64,000 nt of DNA from Tubulanus polymorphus (GCF_964204645.1 NC_134030.1:16492110-16556109), one strand, 5' to 3'; positions 12,293 through 25,349 are shown, counted from the first letter of the stretch. Program-made: numbers and translations. The notes: generated by a model not told the origin, from the letters alone.

Positions 12293-15284
12293 TTTCAATG
12301 CCAGGAGTTCCTACTTCATGGAGCTGTAATTATTCATATTCTTTTCATGCGGAAGGAAACCTGTACTGCTATAATTCATGGCATGTCATCCTGGTCTTGG
12401 GACAACGCAGCATCTAAACCCATCATTGAGGTGTCCTTTTACAAAATGAATTTTTTGGAGAAATCCACAAATCCCAATATCAGTGGGGATGTCGGCTTAT
12501 CTTTGAGTACATTGTTTGCGATTTCATGTTCCTCCCTCCACTTCAGTTTACTGTTCTTGCCCCCTGCATTGGTGATGAGTTTGTGTAAGGGAGTGGCGAT
12601 GTGTCCGAAATTCTATACCAAACAACGATAAAATGAACAAAACGCTACTAAACTATCACAACTCTCCCGTGGCCTGGCGTCTACAGCCTTGGTCTTCTCT
12701 GGATCGGTTGCCATGCCCTCCCCACTTATCATGTGTCCTAGATATTTCACTTGTTTCTGAAAAAAACGACATTTCGACAGTTTGACTTTTCCTGGTACAT
12801 GTATTTTTTAACTGACAGATCGCCGTATTTTTAACTGGTCGTTTCTGATTTGCTGTCATTATATAATTACCAAGATGGATTAGTTTTAGACTGTAGAAGC
12901 ACCAGGCCCGCCACCCCAAGTTGAAAAGATCATTTTTTTCGCCAGCCTTTGGCTGAGCTTATAACCATACATTGGAGCAAATTTAAGTGACATGGTTTCC
13001 AGAATGGCTCTTTTACTCTGCAACTAATGATGTATTCTTACAAATCATGCACTCAAGCGTTATCCATTCTTCAGTCTAGGAAGCCGTGTTTGAAAAAGTT
13101 TAAAATTTACTGGTCTTTTGTGAACATCTGAATACAAAGATGTCAATTTTAAAAAGCCAATCAGAAAAACTTATGATTGGCTTAGCCGCAGAAATCAGCA
13201 GGTGTTCACATGAACCCACGGTTTAGTCTACTGTTGTTTTTTTTACCTCTGGGTTTTATCAGCATTGGTTGACGTTTGTGACGTCATAACAATGCTAGTA
13301 AAATGGATTGAAAATAGAAGTTCGAAAAAATAGCACCGACCCTTCTAATTTTCATAGTAACTTCAAATTGTCACTCTATTCACGTAAAACATTAGAAACA
13401 GCTGAAAATGACTCAAATGTTTCAATTATTCCCCACAACATAGCGTTGACAGATTTCTGATAGCATTTTTATCATAAGTTATCTGGTAGATGAGAGCGGG
13501 TTAAACAATCGCGTAGTGATATGTCCGCATTGACATTGGCAGTTAAGAATGGGGAAGGGCCTCTTCGTAACAGAAAAACATAAAATTATGTACCTCCGAT
13601 TTATAAATATCATAGTGTTTGAATATCATTGTATCTCCAACTATCAGTAGCCTTGGGAACTGGGCTTAATTTTCAGCATCAGAATACGTATTTCTAGAGC
13701 AGTGGAACGGCAGGCCTACTCGTGACTGAAATCTGTATGGGTAAGTTACGTGATCATGCGGGAACACCTTTGCTTAAATTAAAACCATTTCATGATGATA
13801 CGAAACGGTAGGCTACCACCATGATACGATATCACCAATAAAGATAGATCATTTTATTCAATTTCACCAGAGTTGTTTATTGGAGGAAAATCTCATTGTT
13901 AAGTACGCCGAGAACAACCATGTTTTGTCAATAATTAGTTGACTGACAGTTTATTGTAAAATTCCATCGGTTCCATCATATTCTAAGATACGAGTTCACT
14001 TTAAGATGTCCCGTCGCCTCCTGGGCACTCAGAAGGCGGTAGCAGTCCCTTGCTTACGCACTATCAGTGCTGAGTGAGAAATGGGTTTGAGCCCTGCTGG
14101 CTTCGTACAATGTGCGGGTAACACAAAGGCCGTCCCGTCGTGAGGTTAAATAAACAATCCAATAGGGTTTAGTCTTGAGAAACCAAGTTGAACGAAGTAA
14201 AGCCAAACAAACAATCATAAGCCTGCCTTCCTCAGTGACCCCAACGTCGACATCGCTTTCTATGCGATGTGTTACATGCGTGCGTTTGACCAGTTGATCT
14301 ACGTATACATCAGAGGATCTTGCATTCAGAAAAATTGTTCTGTTTTCGTTTTCATTATTCAGCAATAAGGCCAAACAGTTCATGCGAGAAAAAATCACCG
14401 TCAGTTGCGATTACCCTTTCAGTTGTACATCGTTGATACGAATCTCGTGTAGGTGAAAGTGCCGAAATTGTTGTATTAAATGATTTCCAAATCTTGATTG
14501 ATATAAATATCTTAGCTGGGACATGATGGAAAACATCAGAATGTACTAGTTTCGTCTTTTTAACAGCATCGGATTAATGAGGCTTAACAATACAAATAAC
14601 CTAGGCTAAACTAGCCAAATTTTCAAATTCATTTTCAGCATAAACGAAAATCGTTCTCACACAAATTGACCTTAAGTCTGTGGTCCTCCCAATTAACATT
14701 GTCATAGAACATTTGTCAGCAGATGTAATACATCAACCACTTACCATACCACAGTATAATCTACCAATGCTTCAAAGCTCATGGGCCAATTGTTTTATTG
14801 ATTCCTGTGACATCTTCAGTTGATTTGTTTTTGAGGAATTTTTATTTGCACTACTGAAAATTCATCCCTGACAATTTTGCAAGGTTCGGGAAAATACTCT
14901 TTCTCATATCAGCTTGATATGCAAATAAGCCACGTGCTCGAATTGCAAATACAATCAAATATTTCAAATCTAAGTCAATTTAACTTAATTGATCAAAGTA
15001 ACTGCAAATCAAATTTAAATGATATTGAGAGGGGAGAGTATTTTGACAAATATCACCAACAGATTGCATAGTTCATGTAAAGCAAATGTCACAGGGTAGT
15101 CATAGTGCTCTTGTTGGAGCAGTGGCCACATCCCTGAAGTACTATTATAGACTCAATTGGAACCAGTGGGTGTTTATTTGGAATTTGGGGACAATTTGGG
15201 GTGTTTGATATAGCTTCAAAAGAATCTGGATGATAAGTGATCTGATGGTATCCTGACCTGAAAGAACGATTTTTTCTCTTTCAG

Positions 15285-15412
15285 GGAACCCACGCTCTTT
15301 GTTGTCTGGATGTCGTCTGGTCATTCGACACACTATTGGAAAAAAAAACCTGCCTGTTATTAATGAGTTACCATTACCACAAAAACTGCTTGCCTACCTC
15401 CAGTTCAGATGA
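15285..15412 (+). CDS. Terminal coding exon of the ASB-like gene: SOCS box
   Basis: Acceptor TTTTTCTCTTTCAG ending 15284; phase matches the 6417 donor (A+GG = Arg); translates RNPRSLLSGCRLVIRHTIGKKNLPVINELPLPQKLLAYLQFR*, a canonical BC box plus LPLP cullin box. Confidence 0.88.
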
Positions 15413-15524
15413 AAAATCAATTTCCAGGCTAGCTTTATTTTCATTGAATGCAGATGATATTTGAGCAGTGTTCTAAAATGCTATTCTAAAATGCTATCCA
15501 TGCTATTCACAATGGGCACAATAC

Positions 15525-15700
15525 TTCTAGGGTGCTAGAGGTTTATTCTATGCTTGTGTGACCGGTTCCCTCGCTCCCCCACGGTTCGAATCCAGGATTG
15601 GAAAATATGTTAAATAAAAAACTTTTCTCCGCAAAGTATAAAAATCACATGAAGACATAAGTCCCCTTGGACTGACACTTATTTTAGTATCGAGTACATC
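15525..15700 (+). repeat. tRNA-derived SINE-like fragment downstream of the ASB stop codon
   Basis: Perfect B box GGTTCGAATCC at 15583, preceded by a degenerate A-box-like GGTGCTAGAGG. Confidence 0.4.
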
Positions 15701-15958
15701 ACATATCAAAAGTAAAATATCAGAAAGTTAAACTTTTGGTCAAACCTAACAACACGTGTTCGGAAATGCTCAATACGCCGGATTTACGCCAGATATAATA
15801 GCGTATGCAAGCGAAAATGGGCGATGCCATGTTGTTTATAGGGGATATGGGTTATTCCGATATTTTAGGGATGGGAGCATCACACAGTTGGAGGAATTTT
15901 TTGTCCAGTCTAATTAAGACATAACTTAAATCTCATTTTGTGTAATATTGAATATCAG

Positions 15959-16806
15959 GTGCCGGTTTAACCCTTAATTATGATTAAACCACTAATCATG
16001 ATTAAGCAAGTTAGGTGTTTCACAAAATGTAATTAACTTTAATTATAATTAAGTTAATTACAAAATTTAATTCTCCTCTAGAGTGTATTTAAACCATTTA
16101 ATCATCACTCGTTTATTATTGAAAACAAAAAGCTGCAGATGTTATTCATGGAATTTGGTGTTTATTAATTGACGAAGGCAATTTACACTTATTCCTAGTT
16201 TTTCAGATTGTTTGGCTGACTAATTTGGATTTTTTGCCTTTTGTAAAAATAATACTCTAAATTTTATTGATTTATTTTCAAACATCCTATGTTTTTGTCA
16301 GCATGACCACCACATACTTAGAAGTATTGAATTAATTGATTTTGTCCATAGATATGATAGATTTCTGTCATTAGAGTACATGTCTATGGAGTTATGGTGT
16401 TAAAAAGTATCACTGCTCGGAAATAAACCCCATTTACGAGGATTTTATTTAACTGACTGGAGGTGAGTTTCTATTTAAAAACTTTAGAGACATCTTGCTT
16501 AGTTGTTCCACTGGTTCCTGAGACCTTTCAGATCGAACTTTAACTCCCAAAGGAGTGAATTTCTCTTTTCCTCTAAACAAGGAAGGTTGTTGATGCTTGG
16601 ACCGCAAATGGCTGTCTAAAGTTCCGCCATTTTGATACAGTTAAATTGTAATTAAGTTGCCTAATTATGTAATTAGTTAATTTGTAAATAAACCCTTCCG
16701 TAAAACCCAATTTTAATCGTAATTAACTAATCATGATTAAAGAAATTTAATCATGATTTAGGTCCTAATTATAATTAAAGTTAATTACGCTTTGTGAAAC
16801 CGGCCC
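15959..16806. mobile_element. Harbinger-like MITE with AT-rich palindromic subterminal repeats
   Basis: CAG|GTGCCGGTTT ... TTTGTGAAACCGGCCC|CTG (CWG-type flanks); repeated TAATCATGATTA/TAATTATAATTA palindromes near both ends. Confidence 0.6.
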
Positions 16807-17669
16807 CTGTTGCCTATTAGGTAGTTTATTACATGAAAAATTCGAAATTTCCATGCCCGTGTCAGCTATATCGTGAGCCGTTTTTCATTTTCGATATTCC
16901 CTTAGCTTTAAGCCACTAACTATCCCCAATGCAACTAATAGACTCTCCAAGAAGTTAAACCCAGAAATGATTTTGAAGATAGCCAGATTGGAGATTGCGC
17001 TGTATTTCCACAAGAATTTTGATGGATTAGATGATGTACCGTTATCTTACACACCTACGCTTTAGATACCAAAACTATCTTTACTGTCTGTCATACAAAC
17101 TATGTGGTTGTCACGTTTGAAATCAACTGGTGATAGTATGGGGCTAGACTGTAAGTGAAGGAATATGATATGAATGTTTTGTAAATTGATCCTAAAATTC
17201 ACCAGATAGGAAGACCGTTAGATATGCAGCAAGCGCAAATAAGAAGGTAATAAAATAGAAAACTGAGAATGTATTTAGACCTACTATAGGCAAAACAATT
17301 AACAACAGCAAATTTCTATTACAAAACATAATACTGGTAGGTTAATATTTTTAGATCCCCTACGACTATAGAATAGAAAGATACATACAGAATTGTTGTC
17401 AATAACAGTTTAATGATTTTAATAACCAACCAATTTTAATATTCTATTTCGAATTCAATTTAATTATATGTTACCTCAGGAGGCTGATTTTGATTTAATT
17501 CCAGTGGCTTGAATAATTCTACTGGCAATATTGAAGCAGGATCTGATTTCTGAATATAGATACAATACATTTTATATCAGTATATTAAACGAACAAAATA
17601 GGTAAATAATGAATTTGTGACTCACTATATCGCAAACAGTTGTAGTTGATGGTATGTATGCTTCGCTTG

Positions 17670-18740
17670 GAATTGCTGATGGGTCAAAAGGAAAATTCCA
17701 CACGACCTGAAACCATTAATCAGTATTTCTGGTGATATACTCTGCCAAGCCTTGCGAAATATTTTAAAGTAACAGATTTTGCTGATCTCTCTGCCCGGAT
17801 AGTCATTTGAAAATTTTTTGCGCAACCGGTTCCAGCTCGATTTTAATGTCTTGAAACAGGCTCTGTTTATGCAAAGAAATACCTTTAATATTGGCTAGAA
17901 TGTTGTTCTACGAAGAGAAAAAATTTCACTTTTACCTATCAATGGGTTGCAACCAGCTTGAAGTATGTTTGAGTAATTTGATTACAGTTATCTGGGTCTC
18001 TCTGGCTACTTCGGTCAGTTCTAAATGAATTATGACTGTTATGTCGTCCTTCTGAGATCAGTGTTTGTTGTTGTGTTAACCCAATTGCTGGGAGGAGGCT
18101 TTCCTTGAACCGAAAAGTGGCAATATCCTAGAAAATTTAAAGATAAGACATTGGTTAGAATATATACGATGATTTTAAATCATTGTTTATTTTTGTCATT
18201 TTAATTACCTGTTTGGTCCACCCGGTTTTGGATTCAGACAGGGTTGTTCCAGGAGGAGCATCAACTGAGTCAACCGATTGAAGTGACGCGGCGGTCTTTC
18301 CTCTAAATATGACGTGTGGTGCCAGTATATGACCAGATGCATAACCACAGGCCATAACAGTTTCCGCTTATCCTCGACTGCACGTACCTGCTTCCTTTTC
18401 TGAAAAACCCATCAATTCAAGAAAAGGAATCATCAGGGAGTTTCATAATTATCTCTGTTTCTAGATGATATATTAAACCGACATCGATAAGAATTCAGGT
18501 TCCAGTGTAATTAGCCAATTTTTACATCGAAAATCACCAATTTGGCCCACCTTGCTACAATTCTCCTGAGTACGTGAGTCAGCTGAACCCCTGTAACATT
18601 GAGGTTCCAGATGTACATCGGCTGAATACCAGCCAATACACTCTGGATGCCTTGAAATAACATCTCAACTTTTTTTACGTTTACGCACTGAGGCCTAACT
18701 GCAGCAGTGCCCTCTGGTTTTTTAAACGATACACTTGGGT
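17670..18740 (-). pseudogene. pogo/Fot1-like DDE_1 transposase relic with spliceosomal introns
   Basis: KKPEGTA..R..IWNLNVTGV, TVMACGYASGHILAPHVIFRGK..SKTGWT|, HNSH, KHTSSWLQPID|, ACFKTLKSSW..FRKAWQSISPEILINGFRSCGIF. GT..AG introns at ~18129-18208 and ~17864-17935. Confidence 0.8.
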
Positions 18741-19059
18741 GTATACATATATACAACATATTCCCATATATACCAAGGATCCACGGATGTGGGATAGTTA
18801 CATGAAACCCAATTGTGTGGCAACGTTTTAAAACCAAAGTATGTGGTATATACAGGAATATGTTGTATATCCCCTTAAATCATTTGTATATCCCACTCTT
18901 TTACTACCCTGTTAGATATATAAAAATTTATAATTCGTATTCCCTTTTTTATTATGATTACGAACTTAATTTAATTAGCCGAAAAATTATATCTTGTTTC
19001 TCCGCACCGGCCCTGTCAGTTTGTAAATTACAATAGAATGTGTCATCAGTTCATTTCTC

Positions 19060-20200
19060 CGGTGTTGTCATATCGCGGAAAGACGGAATCGCGGAATTTT
19101 CCAAAAACGCGGAATTTCTTCATTTTTACTATAAATAGTAAACGGGTTTTCCCACGGGGATATCCACTGTCGGACAGGGCACCGGACCCAGGTTTTCAAC
19201 ACCGGGAAGTAGTATTTGATAATTAATTATATCGCCAGTCAACAACTTAACGATACTGTTCCAAATAATGGAGAACCTAGGCAATACGTGCTTTGCGAAT
19301 TCAGTGATACAGAGTATCGCTGCATTAACTGAAGGATTACAAATCGATGGTACGCAAACGTAGGATTTGTGATGACACCATGGGTCAATCTCAAGGACTC
19401 ACTTCCGAGTTAAGATTTGACTCTGGTCTCTGGATTTAAATTATTGGAAATGAATTGATTCTAAGTAACTCACAACTGTGGAACTGGATCGATGTCAGTC
19501 GAAAATAAATAGACATGATGTATATTTCATTCTGGCTTAGGATTGTTCATGCGTGTTGTGTGTCTACATTGTTGTTATAAGCGAAGAATGTGGTTTATCT
19601 TTTAGAATTAAATGATATTAAAGATTATAAAATGGTTTCGTTTTTTTTTTTTGTGTTTACTGTGTGACTGCTATAACATATGTTCTTATGCTGATTATTT
19701 GGATCAAAAGAATCTTATTGGTACCGGTACTGGACGGCCGTAAAATTATAATAATTTCAAAGGAATTTGAACCGGTACTTGTTTGGTCGTAGGATTTCAT
19801 GTTTGCAACCATCTACAACTACGGTCCGACACCGCGAACGCGCTCAATATTTATCTGATAATATTCGTTTCTGAAGTTCTCAAAAAGTCGATGAACTTCG
19901 ATAACCGAAGTTTGCCTAGTAGAAATAGACATTAGGTGCCTGGTCTCTTTCACCTCACTTGATTCTGACTTCTTCTACAGGTGGCAGCCAGTCAACGGTA
20001 TCGTAATATAATAATTCCATATAAAATTGCCTGCAAATAATGGGATTCGAACCTAAGTCGTTGCATCGATCGGTCCGGTGCCCTGTCCGACAGTGGATAT
20101 CCCCGTGGGAAAACCCGTTTACCATTTAAAGTAAAAATGAAGAAATTCCGCGTTTTTGGAAAATTCCGCGATTCCGTCTTTCCGCGATATGACAACACCG
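19060..20200. mobile_element. Mutator-like (MULE) non-autonomous element with ~125-bp TIRs and 9-bp TSD
   Basis: Near-perfect TIRs 19060-19187 and 20072-20200 (CGGTGTTGTCATATCGCGGAAAGACGG...); flanks TCATTTCTC/TCATATCTC match at 8 of 9 positions. Confidence 0.8.
19268..19363 (+). pseudogene. Ubiquitin-specific protease (peptidase C19) Cys-box fragment inside the MULE
   Basis: Translates MENLGNTCFANSVIQSIAALTEGLQIDGTQT*, matching the USP catalytic Cys box NLGNTCFxNSxxQ. Confidence 0.7.
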
Positions 20201-20676
20201 TCATATCTCTAACTGTTATTAACTGTTATTGTATGCCTTGTTGTGATTTTTTAAAAGTAATATAGAGGGTAGATAGGCGGCCGCCAGTCAGCTCAGCAGA
20301 CAAGGCTATCAACAAGGTGAAACAAGGCTATCAATATTTTTAGCCGTATCCCCTGCCCAGGATTTTTTTTCAAATTTAATTTATTTCTGCCCTCTAAAGG
20401 GACCTAGAAGGATTTTATTTGTTCTACAGACGCAATTGCTCCGCGTATATCGCGTATAGCTTTATATGTTACAAACCATTTGGGAATCATTCCATAATTT
20501 GATAAGCCTTCATCAACATGAAAGTGTGCGCATTGTTTTCGGGTAACGGCATGATCTCGTAAGAAATGAATTTCAAATTCTGATCCTCAAATGGAAATGT
20601 GAGGTCTCTCAAAGTTGATACTGGTACCTTGTTTCTCATCCAAACCTCTTTTCTTCTTATGATGAGGGCGGGCAAA

Positions 20677-22316
20677 TTTTTAGCCCACTTGGGACTTTGG
20701 TCCCAGCGGGCTATCGCGTTCACTTTTCGTCCATCCTCCGTCCGTCCGTAGACGGAATTAAGTTATTTTGGGAAGTTTTGAAGACGCTTCAAGGTAATGT
20801 CTTGATATTTGGTTTATACATGTATCTACCCTAGACACATCTTCAGGCCAAAAACTGGCCCTGTCAGATTCAAGATGGCCTACTGGCAGCCATTGTTGTT
20901 CGCCAAAATCAGCACTTTTTACACATTTTCGAAGTTTTCAAGGGAAATTTTGAAGACGCTTTTATCAATTACCTTGATTGTTTGTATATATTTGGCCCAT
21001 CAACTTAAGAAAAATTGTGTTGATTGGACTAAAGATTGCCGTCCTATGACCTTTTTAGTGTCCAAAAATGTCAATTTTGGCCCGAATCCTGAGTCCTGTA
21101 GCTTCCTACTGGTTTGCCATTTGTCATTGCAATTTGTGATGGGTATTCTTTGGAAAGGGATGTTTTATACGTGAGACATGTATTTTTGATCAGCTAATTA
21201 TTGCGCAATTGGCAGCCATCTTGGCGTCATCAGTACTCATTCGTAGGTGGGAAAAGGTTTTTCCACATTATATTGATACCTAAGCATATTGTGTTCCATG
21301 TATTGGAAAGTTGCAGCTCATAACGTTTTCTATGATATTGGTGAGTTTCAAGGTCATTGCTTTTTGTATATGGCCACCAGGGGGCATTGAATACAATAAC
21401 TTAGTATTTCTATATTATAGTATTACAGTATTGTACTTACGCATATTTTGTTACCACAATCAATTGCAAAGTTGTAGCTCATGACATCGTCTATGATTGT
21501 CGTGAGTTTCAAGGACATAAGTTATTCAATATGGTCACCAGGGGGCGTTGAATGGTAGAAGAACTTGGTATTTTCTTATCAGATTGGTACCTAGGGATAT
21601 TTTGTTACCATGATCAATTGCAAAGTTGTAGTATATGACATGTTCTATGATTGTGGTGAGTTTCAAGGTCATTGGTTTTGCATATAGTCACCAGGGGGCT
21701 TTGAATAGTAGAATAACTTAGTATTTCCTTTTTAGATTGGTACTTAGGGCTATTTTGTTACCATGATCCATTGCAAAGTTGTAGTGCATGACATGTTCTA
21801 TGACTGTGGTGAGTTTCAAGGTCATTGGGTTTTGCATATGGTCACCAGGGGGCGTTGATTAATATGATGACTTAGTATTTCTATATTATATTTGTACCTA
21901 CGAATATTTTGTTACCACAATCAATTGCAAAGTTGTAGCTCATGTCATCGTTTATGATTGTGGTGAGTTTCAAAGACATAGGTTGTTCTATATGGTCACC
22001 AGGGGGCTTGAATAGTAGAACAACTGTGTATTAACTTATTAGATTGGTACCTTGGATATTTGGTTACCATGATCAATTGCAAAGTTGTAGTTCATGACAT
22101 GTTCTATGATTGTGGTGAGTGTCAAGGTCAGTGGGTTTTGCACATGGTCACCAGGGGGCGTTGGAGTAAAGAGACAGGGCGGGAAGTTTTTTCTTTTTAA
22201 ATCCAAAAATTATTTACTATGTATATCATATGAGACGAGAGCAGAAGTTTTTCAGTCTCGATCCATAGAAGGTTAAGTGGGCAGAGAACCAAGACATGTT
22301 CATTTGCTTATTTTTT
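20677..22316 (+). mobile_element. Helentron-associated non-autonomous element (HINE/DINE-1/pearl-like) with a central ~153-bp tandem array
   Basis: 5' TTTTT-AGCCCACTT subTIR, GGGACTTTGGTCCC hairpin, AGCGGGCT partial IR, (TCCG)n microsatellite, six ~153-bp units, 3' AAGTGGGC subTIR followed by a T-run. Confidence 0.8.
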
Positions 22317-23339
22317 TAATCTCAAACATCTTAACTACGTACACAATTTCAAACAAATGCAGGCTAAAATGGCATATAAACTCCAAGGTAACATGCCCGA
22401 TTGTTCTGTGAATGTCATTTCTATTATCATGTCCAAAGTCTGACTATGCTAATTTTTCTTTGGGTTGACTGGCTTATTAGGCTCCATTTCATCATAGACA
22501 AATTCAAATGTCCCGGGGGAGGTATTTTTTTCTTCCAAGAAAGAACCGACCATAAATATTCTGATATTTATGTTGGTTTCGGACATTACTTTGTTCTTGT
22601 TATTTTCGCTTTGGGGAGTGACACGAGCGGCTTCGTGATTTGATCAGAAACTAGGTTTCAACTATGAAGGGCTTAAGTTATAATTTGCAAGCTGCCTCTG
22701 AGCTCAAACTTAACACCACATATTCACGCACTGTCACTCAAAACCAATTTGCCCCTTCAGTTCCACTTAAATTTTGGTATGCTAGGGTCAATAACTTAAG
22801 TCCCCATTGTTAACAGTAATGCAATTTGTAGAACCGGGTTGCAACAATTTATCACATATACATACGTCCAAAGTAAGAGAGCTTAATGAATTCCCCGTAA
22901 CTGTAAGAAATACATCCGTTAGAAATGAACGGATAATGAACAGATGTGCCGGTGCTGTGAATTTTATTACAGCAAGGTTCCACTGTAATATGATGTATGA
23001 CCAAGGAAATCAGCAGGTTCAACGAATAATCTCCCATTGCCTGTTTTTACACCTTTTTAAATCCTTTTCAGCTCAACGAACAACCAAGACACTTCTTTTA
23101 TATTAAAAACCATCACTTTATTTCTAACATTTCAACTATAGTATAGTAGTATCTATTTTCATTTGGTTTTTACATTATTACATGATTGATGTTATAAAAC
23201 ATACAATGTAATATACAGTGAAAAAATGTAACAAGAGCAAAAACAAAATTTGAGCTACAAAGAGAGATCACAAGGATTTATCGAAGCCGTGTACTTATAC
23301 CACTTAGGCTACTGAATATGATGTAACATGTCTTTTTTA

Positions 23340-24125
23340 AATCAATAGATAGCTTATTGGCACGACACCAAATTACAAGATTTGATGACTCACGGTTGAC
23401 AGTATTAACAAGACTGATGTATAAACAGATGAATTTTTACAGTCATTTATATGGATCAGAAACAACAAAGGACCTAAAATACCTTGGGGAACTCCAATAC
23501 CAATACTAAGCGAAGTTGATTTAAATGCTTCAAGTTGAACAATTTGCGGACGGTCGCTCAGGTAGTTTTTGAACCATATCAGTGCGTTACCTTTTATAAT
23601 AATAGTTTTATAATAATTGTTTAATTGATGTAGTAAAATGCTGTGGTTAACAGTATCAAAACCTTTGGAAGGATCTAAAAATATCCCAATCGATGGTGTT
23701 TTAGATTCGATATTTGCATTATTGAAATTATATCTATAATCAAAGCTATTGCTGTTGAGTGGGTTATACTGAATCCAAACTCGTTGCTATTTAAGATTGA
23801 GAATTTTTCACAAAATGAGGTTACTCTATTATAAACAATTTTTTCCTAAATCTTGGAGAAACAGGATAGGATTGATATAGGTCAATAATTATCAAAACAA
23901 TGGGCATCACCTTTCTTATAAAATGGACGAACTCTGGCGATTTTTTGCTCAAACGGAACAATAACAGATTGTAGGCTGCAATTAAATATACTAGAAAGTG
24001 GGTCTTTGATTGTGTCAATAACTTTCTTTATGATTTTCATTGAGATTTCATCGATACCGATCCCCTTATTTGCTGAAAAGCTATTCACAATGTCAGCGAT
24101 CTCATAACCATGAGTTGGAAAGAAG
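23340..24125 (-). mobile_element. CR1/L2-type LINE reverse-transcriptase fragment
   Basis: KGIGIDEISMKIIK..PLSSIFNCSLQ..KIARVRPFYKKGD..NY*PISILSCFSKI.EKIV, IFLDPSKGFDTVNHSILL, WFKNYLSDR, GVPQG.LGPLLFLIHIND. Confidence 0.85.
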
Positions 24126-25349
24126 AGAGTTTTCTTCTTTTGGACTATGTACTATGTGTTTTTACATTTTCTGTTTATCAGTTTAACATTGCTAATTCTA
24201 GCGCGAATTTGAGCTTCTGTGCGACTGAGCTTTGACACAAATGCTTAATTTTCTCCCTGGGTACCGGTTTCTGGTTTTCGACGAATGTTCCAATGCAATT
24301 TCTGAATTCTTTCTTTCCTGTTACATCCAGAAATTTTCACTTTGCATTGGGCTAAATATGAAAAATGAATCCACGTAAAGATTTTGCAAAATGCTCTCTG
24401 TGGGATTGTTAAGAGAGAGAACAATGATGGAATGCACACTGTTGAAAAAACTCCATTCCAAGCAATGTTTAATTAACTTACCAGTGGAAGACGGATTCAG
24501 GTATCTTAATTGCAGGTTCTCCTAAAAAGTGAACATTTACTGGGGATATCTGAATCATTTGTACATTATTTACTCCCGAAAAGGTGATTGATAAATCAAT
24601 ACATATACCGCCATCCCATATCCCGCCACCACCACTTACAGCCAGGTTTTATCAACGTGCATCTCTTAAAAAATACACAGACAGGCACCCCCCTCATTAT
24701 ACCGTCAAATCCTTCTGCACCGATGTGGGTTGCACTTGATCATCAGGGGCTAATTGTACATTTTAAGTATTTGCATAATCAAAGAACTAACCTGAGCCAG
24801 TGAAAGAAGAAGATGGAACACGACCAGAACGAGTTTTTTCAGGTGTAGCACCGACATTGACATTGCTTTCCGGATCTAAGGAGGGAAAAAAACAGTTTTC
24901 ACTGGGTTAAATATTATACGATCTTAGTGCAGCTGATGTAATACCGGGCTGCCGATTTCATGTATTGGTTTTACCTTGTGTAATACTGCCCTCTCCAGTT
25001 TCAGCTACGGTTTCGTCCGATGCAAGAAGAATAATTCTTATCGTGTACAACTAAACTATTCTTTAGCGCGGGATCTCTGAAAAATATCACATTGATAGAA
25101 TTCAACTTACCAGTTCATTCGTCGTCAAAACTCACAGGAACAGGACACTATGCATTATACGTCAAAACAGAGAAAAGCTTTAAGGTTCAAAGCCCAGATG
25201 AGGAATTTTTACTGAAGTCAAACAGATATCTTATACCTCACAATGGTTTTAAGCTGTAAGATTGAATTTTGGACAAAGATGGTCTTTGACATGACTTAAG
25301 GTTGTGTTTCCACCCATTTCTGCAAGGTTATGAAACCTTAAATAATCAC

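Larger units (their letters stand above)
6910..12790 (-). mobile_element. Ty3/Gypsy LTR-retrotransposon pol relic (RT end, RNase H, integrase), interrupted by DIRS and hAT MITE insertions
   Basis: 12790-12298: KLSKCRFFQKQVKYLGHMISGEGMATDPEK..FYR..NYSSMK*ELLAL; resumes near 9276: WAITEKFKDYL..YTDNNPLSYL; 7480-6910: H...H..RTL..ARCYWPG..C, LEVLAIEF, YGVPLQIHSDQGSAFES. Confidence 0.85.

Noticed and set aside
12800-14600. piggyBac-like end (GCGGGTTAA at ~13496) and ORF 14054-14398
   Set aside because: No matching opposite terminus was found and the ORF has no recognisable motif.
19038-20204. Paired ORFs 19038-19226 and 19992-20204 (likewise 44194-44562 and 45371-45631) as duplicated genes
   Set aside because: They are translations of terminal inverted repeats.
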